This document shows, in pieces, positions 28,260-41,665 of a DNA stretch of 64,000 nt. Below the pieces are notes generated by a model that made no database searches, was not told the origin of the DNA, and worked only from the letters and a program-made list of their open reading frames with translations. The DNA comes from Octopus sinensis (taxonomy: Eukaryota), in assembly GCF_006345805.1 (NCBI RefSeq), contig NW_021834238.1:1-64000 (forward strand), given 5' to 3'. Made by a program: the position numbers and the translations under genes. The first letter of the stretch is position 1; the number at the start of each line of letters is the position of its first letter.

Positions 28260-29595
28260 GAATAATAATATAATAATAATATACAAAAAAAAGAGGGAAA
28301 AGAGAGTAAAAACAAATGAAATGTTCAAATGAGCAATATGACCTCGTGCATTACATACATATATATATAAGTATATATTTATATATACATAAATATATGT
28401 ATATATATATGAATATATATATATATATATATTTCCATATATATATGTCGATATATATATATATATGTCGATATATATATGTGTGTGTTTGTGTATGTGT
28501 GTATTTGTATATGTATTTGTGCATCATATGTATCTACACATACAAAAGGTCTGCTTTTTATTGTGTAAAGAACATATGTATGTATTTTGTATGTTTGTGT
28601 GCATGTATGGGCGTGTGCGTGTGCGTGTACGTGTGTGTGTGTGTGGTGTGTGTGTGTATGCGTGTGTGTGTGCGTGAGCGTGTATAGTTTCCAGACAAAT
28701 TGTTTTTAATGAATAAGAACTGAGGATCAGATGCTTCGAGAATTTCAAATAATTTCGAAAATATTTTTGAAATATGTTTCTCATACACACAAAGCAATTT
28801 ACTTAAGTTTTAATGCATTCATAACTCATTGTATTCTCACTGTTTTAAATGTTAAGCACATGTTTGAAAAAATTCCTGGGTCTTAACCTTTATTCTGTCG
28901 CATAGTATTCTAATATAAACAAATTAATAAGATTGACAAAACAGATACTTTCTTTTGATGCTCGTTTATCAATACACTAGGACTGTTATCTTTTGTGTAT
29001 TTCAATTCTTTCTACTCTGGTGTGTTTTCTCTTTTGTTTTCGCTCGTTTTGGACAAAATAGCATAATTCAATACAGTCTGTGTGTATTAGGATTGATGAT
29101 TTCTCTTAGTGAACTATTCCTATTAAATTCAATTTGCTCAGTACGTTATTTTCATTATTTATCTGGAAACCTTCTTTCTGAAATCACAAATTTGTTTGAG
29201 TTACTGTTATTGTGATAAAGTAACAGGGTATATGTTTATGTGTATATTATGGATATACATAACTTCTTACCCGGTTCTTGGTGCAAGTCAGTAGTTTGTA
29301 AAAAAGAGGGGTCGAAAGCGAACTAATTTTGAATGCAACTAAAATTATGCTTTAGATGGTTAAGCCTTCAAGTACCACATCGTTCGCGTTCAGTCTCAAT
29401 GCGCTGCAACTTGGGCAAATATTTTTCTACAAGAGCTGGTGTTGACCAATGACTTGCGAGTGAATTTGTTAGACGGAAACTGTATGGAACCCCATTGATT
29501 ATATGTGTGTGTGTGTGAGGGTGCGTGTGTATGTAGCAATATGTATATAGATATAGATATAGATATACGTATGTATGCAGTGTTAAATGGATATA

Positions 29596-29680
<85 letters not shown>

Positions 29681-30486
29681 ATATGTGTGTGTATGTGTGT
29701 GTCTGTTCATGCATAATACATACCTACATACATACATACTGACTACTCGGTAAAATTATTAATTAGTTAATTTTACTATATATCATAATTAAAATTTCAA
29801 TTTACTCCATGATCGAAACTGAAGTTTTTTTCTGCGGGATAGGTGTCGTAACACACACGTGGGTATAAAGGATAAATATGTATCACATTCGGGTGTATAT
29901 TCTTGGGAGTGCGGTTGAATATTAGTTTTGCGACGACGCTTGATCGCATAGATATTTAATCCTAACACTCGCAAATTAATAACTCAGAGTATCACACTGA
30001 GGAGATTAATAGGTAAATATAATTTACTTTAATTTTGAAACGCGTCTGTGATTAACGGAAATCGCATGGATTCATCATTTTTTCCTTTAGCCTGCATAAA
30101 AAGTGTGTTATTACCTCAGATATTTTTATGGTAGTTGAAAATACATTAGCGTCTATTTCAAATTTAGTACGTGGCAAGCCACTTAGCTGACCCCTGATTA
30201 TAATTAGGTATATAAATATAGAACATTTGATATATATGTATATATATATATATTCATATATATATATATATATATATATGTATGAATGCAGCACGGATTT
30301 TTGTCAGTGAACAGGTCACGGATTTTAGTAACGAAAATATTTTGACAAATTAAACTTAAATGTTGAAGTGAATCGAACGGCTTTTGTGTGTTTCTTAAAT
30401 TGCTTACAAACACCTTCCACGCTGCAATTGTCTTCGTTCCAGCACACGATCCTTGATCAAATCACTTGCTATGCGAGTACATCTCC

Positions 30487-30520
<34 letters not shown>

Positions 30521-31020
30521 CATACTAAATAGAGACGATAGAAGCAGGATTAATAACCAAACAATAAAAAAATTATCTCCCATTAGAAGTGAAAATTGTG
30601 TTGCAATACAGAATCACCATCAGCGACATAAATACGAGTGCACAACATGTCCATACGAGAGGTCATCGTATGGTTACAAATGCAGTGTTCTGTGTTCTAA
30701 CTCAACCTCTAATTTAGCAGGAGATAAATATGACCTCATATATAAACTTGTGTATGCATGTGTCTATACGTATGTTTTTTTATATTGCACGTGTCTATTT
30801 ATATGTGCACGTGTCTTTGTGCTTGTGTCTGTTCCCTACCATCGTTAAGCCCTCGGGTTTGCCTTGAAGACCTCGTAAAATAGCGGCTTGTCAAAGAGGA
30901 CGATAGTTACAGGAATTTTGTTTTAAAATTACTTGAGTCAATATAACGAAGGCATCGGTTGTAGTGAAGGAAGGACGTGATGGAAATGGTGATGACAGCG
31001 ATAGTATGGTGATAAGAAGC

Positions 31021-31413
31021 GTTAGCACGCCGGGCGAAATGCTTAGTGTAATTTCGTCTGCTGCTACGTTCTCAGTTCAAATTCCGATGAGGTCGTGTTT
31101 GCCTTTCATCCTGTCGAGGTCGATAAATTAATACCAGTTACGCACTGGAGTCGACATAATCGACTTAATCCGTTTGTCTGTCCTTGTTTGTCCCCTCTGT
31201 TGTAGCCCCTCGTGGGTAGTAAAGAAATAGGTATTACGTCTGCCGCTCTGTTCTGAGTTCAAATTCCGCCGAGGTCGACTTTACCATTTATCCTTTCGGG
31301 GTCGATTAAATAAGTACCAGTTACGCACTGGGGTCAATATAATCGACTTAATCCGTGTGTCTGTCCTTGTTTGTCCTCCCTGTGTTTAACCCCTTGAGGG
31401 CAATAAAGAAATA
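31021..31413 (+). mobile_element. family A SINE tandem dimer
   Basis: Unit 1 ends AAAGAAATA at 31229. Unit 2 restarts at GGTATTACGTCTGCCG. Confidence 0.9.
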
Positions 31414-31688
31414 AGTATTGACAATAATGAAGATGATGACGTTGCTGATAAGGACTACGACGACGATGATGATAATGTAATTGATTCCTCTTCTTGCATC
31501 TATCCATTGTATTTATCCCTTCTTCTATTCAAACATATAGTTATATAAAGTCACATGGGTGTGTATACGCTTAGAAGAGAAGTACTCAGTTTGTTCGATA
31601 AATTAAGCAAAGTATTCGTGAAATAAATGTAGAAAATCATCTGGCGAGCAGTGACTTTCAGACAGAATCACTCTTTGACATCGTGTCT

Positions 31689-31828
31689 GACAAGTATGGC
31701 TCATTGACCCCTGATATACTGAGCAACCCCATGTTTTTTCGTATTCCTCTTCACCTATAATTCCTATCAGTTATCTTATCTTTTTCAGCAGCCGACTAAC
31801 ACACTTTCGACAAGTATGGCTCATTGAC
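31689..31828. repeat. 100-bp insert flanked by a 20-bp direct repeat (GACAAGTATGGCTCATTGAC); inverted homologue at 35395-35507
   Basis: Direct repeats at 31689-31708 and 31809-31828. The insert matches the reverse complement of 35395-35507 with a few substitutions and one 6-bp indel. Confidence 0.85.
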
Positions 31829-32849
31829 TCACATGCATACACATTACACACACGCACATTACACAAACGCGAGATATACTGTGTAGAAACCGTCTTACGG
31901 ATTCTACACAGTGACACTCCCCAAAGGTTTTCATTGTGCAAGGTTCGAAATATGCTTTTGAGCCCCAGAACCTCATGATTGTGAAGTTAAACTACTTAAT
32001 CACTCGATTCTGCATGTGCCCATTGGCTCTTTATCAGCAGGTATTTTCTAATGTGTTCGTCAGTATTTAAAATATGAATTACTGAAAATATAGCTACTAT
32101 TTCTAGCAAGACAGCTTTCCTGGCTGACCTGCTCCTGCATTTGTGAATGTATGTGCGTATGTATGTATGTACGTATGTATGTATATATGTATGTATGTAT
32201 GTATGTATTTATGTATGTATGTATGTATATATGTATGTATGTAAGTATGTATGTGCGCATGTATATATATGTGGATATATATATATATATGTGTGTGTTT
32301 TATATGTGTTTATATATATTTATATATATACATATATATCATATATACATATATATATATATATATATACATATATACATATATACATATATATATATAT
32401 ATATCATATACATATATACATATATATACATACACACACGCACGCACACATATATGCCTCTTGATGCGCATGCTTGGCAACATTATACTGGCGGTTATTA
32501 TACACACAATAATTGTAATATACGTATTGTTCAAATACAACAGGATGAAGTTTGCACTCGTTGACACATAGACAGTTCTTCTATTACTACCAGAGGGAGT
32601 TGGCAGTCATTTCGAATAAGAATCACATTTGTGGTTCTTTTTATTGGTCTATAGAAGCAGTATCACCAACAATGTTATTGAGAAAACGAGTCGAATTTTC
32701 GGATTGCAATAGAGATGCCTGAATAGATAATATAATGACGAAAACAGAGAGGAAGGGAACAAAGGAGAAAGAGGAAGAGAGAGTAAGAAGGGAAGATGAA
32801 AAATGAGAAAGAAATACGTATGTGGGGAAAGAAAAACGACATGATGAAA

Positions 32850-33053
32850 GAAAGTTAGAAGGAAAGAGAAAAAGAAAGAAAGAAAGAAAAGAATGAATAG
32901 ATAGATAAAGAAAATACGATAGAAAGACAGGAATGCCGAAAATATGGAAACAGAACTGAAGATGGTATGAGAGTAAATCATTTCAAATAACAAACAGAAA
33001 AATAAAATGACAGAAGAAAATTTTTTGAAAAAGAGAGAAGGCTAATATGAAAG

Positions 33054-33085
<32 letters not shown>

Positions 33086-33148
33086 CAAGTGAGGAAAAGA
33101 GAAAGAAAGGAGGAAATACTGTGAGAAAGATGTGCAGTAATAAAGAAA
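32850..33148 (+). repeat. second copy of the purine-rich duplicated segment
   Basis: See 27541-27888. Confidence 0.85.
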
Positions 33149-34337
33149 CAATATGATGAAAGATGATAAAGAGATAGAGTAGAAGTATGCGAGATTGAAA
33201 GAAAGGAAAGTGAAAGGAAGAAAGGAATAAATAATTTAACAAAGAAAGAGATGAAGAAAAAGGAAAAGGAAAGAATAAAGAAACGTGAGGGAAGAAAGAA
33301 CTGGATATACCAAGGGAAAAGAATGAAAAGAATGAAAATATAAACAGAGAAAGAAAAGGACAAACTGAAAGAATAAAAGATAGAAGGAGAGGAGGAAGAA
33401 AATATACAAGAAAAGAGACAAGAGAGAGAGAGGAAGAAATGAAGACATCAAGACGTGAAGATAGAAGACGCGATATAAAGAAATTTGTTGTTCAACCCAA
33501 GGTTAGTCTCGATTGGACCACACTCTGGTAAATCCGGTTCATCTATACCTTTGGGTCTTAGTATATGTGAGGAAATATTATGCTATATAATGTTCATAGT
33601 TTCAAAACGGTAACTAGTGATTTAAAGGAAATCAGTAGTTATTTTTAGCATATCATTTGACCACATAGAGGTACATTCAGAGACTCACAATAGAGAGGGA
33701 GGAAAGAGAGGATGTTATGTCAATTAAAAGGATTGAGCGAAGAGTGACCAATAATCAGTGACGATGGAAGTTTTAAAATTAAATGGAAGTTAGACGATAA
33801 AACGTAATCTATTTTGAAAAAATTGTGTGGTATATAAATACATTTATTTAGGGGTATTGGGGTTGGATTTGGGTGAATGTTTTAAGTGGGGTCATCTTGG
33901 TAGGAAACGAGGATTTCAGCAAAGTCAATTTATGTTCAATTACAAAATAGGGTGAAAAACATTAAAAGTTTAGAATATAACAGCTTTGTGGCATCTGTTG
34001 ACTGCAGAGAGGAAGGGAACTATCAATGAGTGCGGGAATTGGTGGGAGTATATGTGCGGACGTGAACGTGAATGTGTGTTTGGATATGTATGTGTGTGGT
34101 GTGTGAATGTGCTCGAGTGTGTGTGGTGTATGAGCGTGTTCGAGTGAGTGTGTATGAGTGAGTAAGGTCGCATTTGCGACAGAAAGAGGGATAGAGTAAG
34201 AAAAAAGAATGAGAGAAAAGGTCTGTCCTTTATTGATTCTTTACTTGCAATAGTAACCCTATTTAAGATATACACATGCAACAGCTCTCTCTCTCTCCCT
34301 CACTCTCTCTCTCCCTCTCTCCCTCTCTCTCTCCCTT

Positions 34338-34370
<33 letters not shown>

Positions 34371-34453
34371 GTATATATATCTGTTTGTGTGTGCGTGTGT
34401 GTAATGAATATGCATATGAGTCCATACCCACACAGAATGATATATATATACAT

Positions 34454-34551
<98 letters not shown>

Positions 34552-34566
34552 TTATATATACATATA

Positions 34567-34983
34567 GGCGCAGGAGTGGCTGTGTGGTAAGTAGCTTGCT
34601 AACAAACCACATGGTTCCGGGTTCAGTCCCACTGCGTGGCACTTTGGGCAAGTGTCTTCTGCTATAGCCTCGGACCGACCAAAGTCTTGTGAGTGGATTT
34701 GGTAGACGGAAACTGAAAGAAGCCTGTCGTATATATGTATATATATGTATGTATGTGTGTGTGTGTATGTGTTTGTGTGTCTGTGTTTGTCCCTCTAGCA
34801 TTGCTTGACAACCGATGCTGGTGTGTTTACGTCCCCGTCACTTAGCGGTTCGGCAAAAGAGACCGATAGAATAAGTACTGGGCTTACAAAGAATAAGTCC
34901 CGGGGTCGATTTGCTCGACTAATGGCGGTGCTCCAGCATGGTCGCAGTCAAATTACTGAAACAAGTAAAAGAGTAAAAGAGTA
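34567..34983 (+). mobile_element. family B SINE, best-preserved copy
   Basis: tRNA-like head with A and B boxes, internal TA/TG microsatellite, tail ending (GTAAAAGA)2. Octopus tRNA-derived SINEs are an established class (OK/OR types); the exact family is not assigned. Confidence 0.9.
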
Positions 34984-35179
34984 TATATATATATACATAT
35001 ATATATACATATATATATATATATACAAACTTATATATATATATATTATATATATATATATATGTGTGTGTGTGTATATATGTATGTATCTATGTGTGTG
35101 TATACTTATACTTGTGTGAATATGTGCTGTGCATTTATACATACATATCTGCATATGCATACATACACATTTCTGCAAG

Positions 35180-35239
<60 letters not shown>

Positions 35240-35536
35240 GTTTGTGTGTTATAAATTATATGATCGCAGCGTTTACAAATTACTACGTCTGTAAATTTGC
35301 AAAATGATGTGAAATATGTTTCCGTTCATTGATTGAACTGTTGATAGAAGTTTAATGCTCTCACCCCAGTCTGGTCTTAGAAGTGTTCCTGTACTGTCGA
35401 AAGTGTGTCAGTCGGCTGCTGAAAAAGATAAGATACCAACAACTGATAGGAATTATAAGTGAAGAGGAATACGAAAAAAATACGGGGTTGCTCAGTATAT
35501 CAGGGGTTTGATATACATACATGCATACATATATAC

Positions 35537-35658
<122 letters not shown>

Positions 35659-36580
35659 ATTTTTCTCTTTTGCGTCGCTTATGTAGCTAGAAGAAATTAC
35701 TTAACACCAACTCTGCTGGTAAAACAACCTTTTCAGTGGATGGGTCTTGCTGTTGGGATCATATTTATTCATTTATTCTTTGTTATTGTTGTTCATTTTA
35801 TTTAGTTGAAGTAAATTCGAAATATATTACTCGTCATTTAGGGCTAATCTAAGGCAGCTGTGTTTGAGTATATAAATCATTCTTGTTTCTCACGTATTTA
35901 GTTTCTTCTGTCCACAAATTTGATAAAGATACTGTCAAATTGACACTGCACTTCAGCACCTGAAAATACGAACTTCATGATGATGTAGGTGATTTAAAAA
36001 CCTTTATTTGAGCTGCAGAAGAGGTGACGCGTTGTTTTGATATCAATTTGAAAATTTAAAACTGTCTTAGCTTGTTGAATTCAGGATTTCTCCAGATATA
36101 TTTGCTCTCGGGACATAGCAAAGATATTTCTATGAAGTCCACGTTCACTAGATGCTACATTAAGCGATTAACATTAATCTGATATAATCCAATGTTATAC
36201 TTATTTTATTGAGTAATGTATTGTTTAATTGTACTAGTGAAACCTCAGATATAAGTAATTATTAACTCGTGAATTACTTCATCATTTAAGTTGCATTACT
36301 TATTTTCTCATCTAATGTTACAGAATTTATCTACTCTAGTTTCAAAGCAGCATTTCATAGGCAAAATATATAAAACGAATTAAATCTAAACCATAACATC
36401 ACGAGTATTGGATTCAATTCTGTTATGCCAATTTGCCAGAGCTGGATGTTTTTCCATCTCTTCTTGGCAATATGTTCGTTTATGTTTGGAATAAGGTGCT
36501 GTGTTATGGAGATCCTTAGGATGGACAGCAGGTGTTCATCAGTGAGAGGTCTTCTGTGTGAATTCTTGTTAATCTTCATC

Positions 36581-36799
36581 TTACACTTCTATATTTAAGA
36601 GATGAGGAATTATGTACATTATTTACATTGTTTACATTTGACAGATATTTGTCCTCATCTTGTTTGTTTTTAACACAATGTTTCGGCTGATATACCCTAT
36701 TTTTATTCAATTCACTGCCTGGAATCGAACTCGGAATCTTGGGGTGTAGAGCGTGGGCTACTAACCCCAAGATTCCGAGTTCGATTCCAGGCAGTGATT

Positions 36800-36883
<84 letters not shown>

Positions 36884-37058
36884 CAACAACATCGAAAAAT
36901 ACATTAGAAATGAGAACCCAGTTTCGAAATTTCTCCGAGACATCTGATGAAGGCTGGAGGGTATATCAGCCGAAACGTTGTGTTCACAACAAACAAGATG
37001 AGGACAAATATCCGTCAGATGTAAATAATGTGAATAGTGTAAATAATCTTCATCTTGT
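36581..37058 (+). mobile_element. composite insertion: inverted partial copy + tRNA-like head + (AAT)n + Penelope-type tail with hammerhead; 16-bp target duplication
   Basis: CTTGTTAATCTTCATC occurs at 36565-36580 and 37059-37074. Removing the insert restores the hAT reading LFSVMKINKNS. 36581-36698 is the reverse complement of the tail found at about 36958-37047. Confidence 0.85.
36939..36984 (+). ncRNA. minimal type I hammerhead ribozyme motif with intact catalytic core
   Basis: GACAT-CTGATGA-A-GGCTG(GAGGGTATAT)CAGCC-GAAACGT-T-GTGTT: helix I of 5 bp (two G-U), perfect 5-bp helix II, palindromic ACGT, GUU cleavage triplet. Confidence 0.75.
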
Positions 37059-40000
37059 CTTGTTAATCTTCATCACAGAGAACAGCTGCTCACACAGTTA
37101 TGTGCTACCAAAAACGCTGAAGTTTCGAGCCGTATGTAGGTAAAGCTGGGGCATCTTCTTAGGAATGAAACGAATAGACTGTGCAGGTCTCACAGAGTCG
37201 TACTTTACTTTTAATGCCTCATTACACTTCAGATCTATGATTTCCTTCTGCAAATGTACAGGTGCGGTTTCCACGTCGATGGCAAATGGGTTGTAAAATC
37301 GCTCGAAATTATTTCTTTGTACTTCAAAGTCACTAAAACACCGTGCGAACTCAGCCTACAGTGAGTTCGGTTCTTCGGCAAAGTGTGCATTTGGGAACAC
37401 CATGGCGCTGACTTGGTTCAACATTGCTTTGCGACAAGGAAAGTGAAGCCGGTTGCATGGCTTCACTTTCAGCTTCACTTGAAATGTCTTCACTGCATCA
37501 TACATATCAGTGATGAAGTGGTCCCGTCTCTGGAGCTGCAGGTTCAAGATGTTGAGATGAGTAGTTATGAAGTCTTTTCCTTTCCTATCCATGAACTGAC
37601 AAATTTCCTCGATCAGTTGGAAAACTCTTCTGAGAACATTTCCTCAACTTAGCAACCGCACCACTGTATGATAAGGAATGTCGTCGAACTTTGAAACTAT
37701 TTCCTGTAAAAATGACCATAAATAGCGGGGATTTTAACCTTTGACCCTGATAAAGTTGATGGTTTGTGTTACAGTGCTCGTTACATGTTCCATATTGAGG
37801 ACTTTACCACACAACGATCTTTGGTGTATGATGCAAGAATATACTATCAACTCACAGTACAGTCCTCCTGCATCTTAAACGCATCCTTGTTACTAGTCCA
37901 GCTTTTTCCATGCACATCGCTGGTGCTCCATCTGTTATTAGTCCAACAAGTTTGCTCCAATGCAGTTTCATGTCAGTTGCACTTCGACATACGTTGTCCC
38001 ATGCAAAGATTTCACGTCCAGTATTTCTTCTGCAATGTTTAAACTGAAGTCCAATCCACGGATGAAGAAGGCGAGCTGTGCAGTGTCAGTCATATGACTG
38101 CTTTCATCGATAGGAAGAAAGTATGCAACAAAAACTTAGCCTTTTTAGATCAGCTGTGTTTACACATCAGTAGCCATCTCACAGACTCGATCAGTAATTG
38201 TGTTTCTGTTAAGCCTACATTTGCAAACATCTGCTTTTTATCTGGATACAAGCCGCCACACACATTCATCATGCAATTCTTCAGAAACTCTCCCTCAGTA
38301 AATGGTCGGGCTGATTTAGCGATCTTCACTGCCACAATAACATTTGCTTAATCAGCCGCTTCACTTTGTGATTTTGTTTTGGTGAAAAACGCCCGTTGTG
38401 CTGTTTCATTCCTCTTCAATTCTTCTACCTTCTGTAGCTTCCGTTCTGCATTTAAGTTTTTCGATTTGTCGTGATGATTAGTCTCATAGTGCCGTCTTAT
38501 ATTATATTCCTTGATCGCAGCCATATTATCTCCACAAATTAGACACAGATTTACCGCCAATATCGTTAAACATATATTGAGCCTCCACGCGGCTTTGAAA
38601 GGCTTGGCCATTTCAACAGCTCGCTTTGATTTAAAATTAAGACTGTGCCTCGACCGATAGACGCTTGATTAATATAACATATGTTGGAGGGGGTGGTGCA
38701 ATATTCGGGCAAAACACTACTCTCATCTTTTATGCATGAATCCAAAACGAGCAACACGACTTTGCTAGCTTATTGTAATAATAAACATCCACACCCTACA
38801 CAACTTTCATTATAATATTTTCTGATCGACGCGAGAATGCTCTCAGACAACCCTGCAGTCTAATCAAGGTGACACAACGTGTGACAAGGTTGAGCCTTCA
38901 AATTGCATTTTCCACTCTGAACATTTTCAAATAGCTTCACGTGGCTGGAGTCAACACAAGGCTGTGGTAACATAGACATTTGTTCAAGCTGTTACATAGT
39001 GGGATCTAACCACGCGGCTTCGTGGTTCTGAAACTGATTATTAATAATCCAACCATTTCGTGTCTTTGGGGGATATTCGATTTAAAAGATGTGTAGACAG
39101 GCACGTATTTACCGTATGGCCAACTGTTTTGCCTATCGTATGCCGTCCATTGATAGACCCAGATTAGTCGTGAAAAATCTGACACGTAATCAAGAACCTG
39201 GAACATATAAAGCTGGCACAACCTGGGCGTCTTCGAGTAATCAGATACAGGAGTATGGCCAGTGTGACACCAGAAACAATGAAGTTCTCAACTTTCCCTT
39301 TCATACTTAAATGTATGAATCAAAATTATCCTTTGTAGCTTCTTCTCAGATTTACTTAGAACATTATGAATTGCAGTTCATTAGAAGATATTTCAATTTT
39401 GGAATTCTCTAGAATAGGTTTAGAGTTAGTCTGGCTTAGCGGCATTTCATCTGTCATAATACTGTAAGTTCAAATTCCTCCGCAGTATGATTTTGGTTGT
39501 CATCCCCTTTCGAGGCCGATAAAATAAGAACCAGTTTAGAACAGAGGACGATAAAATTGACTTAGCCCTTCCCCTGAACTTACAGTTTTTGCCACAATTT
39601 AAAATTAATATTAGAGTTTTCCTGCAGTTGGAATTTGGCATTTTGTATTCGTTTCAGTGTTTTAATTATGCGTTCCTCTCCGTTCCGTAGTTTATATACA
39701 TGTGACTCATAGAACATAACTTGCGAATGATTGTGAATTTTTAATACTTGGAATACTTAAATATTGTTACATTGTATTTGTGTCTGTATTCTCTGTAGCT
39801 TGATCATTTTTGTGGATAATGTTATTTGCTTGTTTGAAAAACTTATCTATTGAGCTATTTGAGATATTATAGATTGGAGGGAATAGTTTGTATACTTTTA
39901 GCATGACGTAGCCAAGTGTTGCGGTGGGGGCAGTATTTTTCTTTGATGCTTGGATAATAAGGGCGAGTCATACTTATGTAATTAACAACGTAATCGGTTT

Positions 40001-40081
40001 CTTATATAAATGTTTTATATACAAGTGTTATGTATGAACGCAGAGGTAGACAGAGAGATAGACAGACATATATACGTATGT

Positions 40082-40123
<42 letters not shown>

Positions 40124-41355
40124 GCGTGTGTGCGTATGTCTGTATGTATGTATATTCATATATATTTATATATATATATTAATATATGTCAATATATATA
40201 TATGTCCTAAAACCCTAGGCCCTGAAGTGAAACCGGCTTGCTAACTCTGCAATTAGTTGTTAATCTGACGTTCAATAGCAGTCGCCAAGAAACTGATAAA
40301 TCATTGCTTCGTGTCAGAGAAAAAAAATTGCATCCTCTAATCATGAAAGCATTATTCAAATTTCGTTAATCACCAGGAGATTAATTCACGACTTAAGTGT
40401 CATTTTGCTAATTAAAGCGATAAATGAGTTTTTTCGTCTTCTTCTTAAGTAAACCGCTTAAAGATACTTCCCACCGGGGTCAATAAAACAATATTTAATT
40501 AATTGAACTATTTAGAGTGGAACTTATACTATACATATATCAATAATATTAAATAGCAATAATTCATTAAAACAAAAACAAGAAAAGCCAACTAATACGA
40601 AATCCCCATGAGTCCATTTAATAAATAGAAATCCTAATTATGAGAAGTAACATCATTAAGAAAAAAAGTAACACTCCACACTCACACGCACACACACACA
40701 CACACACACACCATACACACACAGCAACAATTACGTTAAGAGCAACACTGACAGCAATGTAATAAATATATGATACGGAGACAAAATTTAATTAGAATCT
40801 TAAAAATGTCTCCTCTATTTTGGACAATTTGAAGATATAATAATAAGAAGAAAAAGAAAGAAATGTAGGGAAAAATATAAAAATGCAAGAATGAGGCTAA
40901 ATGTCAAACGTTTGAAGATCTCTATTCATTAGCAGGTCAGAAGCTGAATCTTCTGTATTAGAACACAAAGTACTATAACGGTTGTGTTGAAGGTATGAAA
41001 GTGGAGAGACCCAAGAGAAAGACACCCGACAAGAGAGCAAGGGGAGTAAAAGAGAGCGCTGGAGACAGAGACAGACACACAGAGAGAAAGGAAGAAAGAA
41101 AAAAGAGAAAAAAGGGAGAGATGGGATTCGACATTGGCAATCAGAGAAATCCTTCATTAGAATGGCATCCATCAGAGCAATTGTTAGAATTTCCTAAAGC
41201 ATTAATTTTATACAAAACAGGAATATGTATCCATTATATTTTAAGAAATAAAGTTATTTTAAGCATGATATTGTGTACAAGCCCGTTGGTTAGTGTAGCT
41301 ACTTACAACATTTGTTAACCATATGTGCTTGAGTGTTTGCATAAGAATGCATAAA

Positions 41356-41665
<310 letters not shown>

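Larger units (their letters stand above)
36423..38611 (-). pseudogene. hAT transposase pseudogene, Buster/Charlie clade (GTF2IRD2/SPIN/OC1-like), with frameshifts, stops and deletions
   Basis: BED-like CLICG..KEYNIRRHYETNH; IAKSARPFTEGEFLKNCMM; [19 protein letters not shown]; TDGAPAM; CIIHQ; YHT.VR; FGST.LCEQLFSVMKINKNSHR..LTDEHL..ILRIS. Catalytic D, D and E positions are recognisable. TIRs were not confidently found. Confidence 0.92.

Noticed and set aside
31021-31413. Regularly spaced repeats that might suggest a CRISPR-like array (also 61062-61650)
   Set aside because: The whole units are homologous SINE bodies with no unique spacers, in a eukaryotic context.
36746-36800. tRNA gene
   Set aside because: It is 5'-truncated with no acceptor stem, so it is a SINE head. 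The same applies to 11800 and 41498.
38841-39025. Possible hAT terminal sequences (minus-strand CAGGGTTGTC at 38855; TAGTGGGATCTAACC near 38996)
   Set aside because: No matching partner TIR or TSD was found at the other end, so element boundaries were not called.
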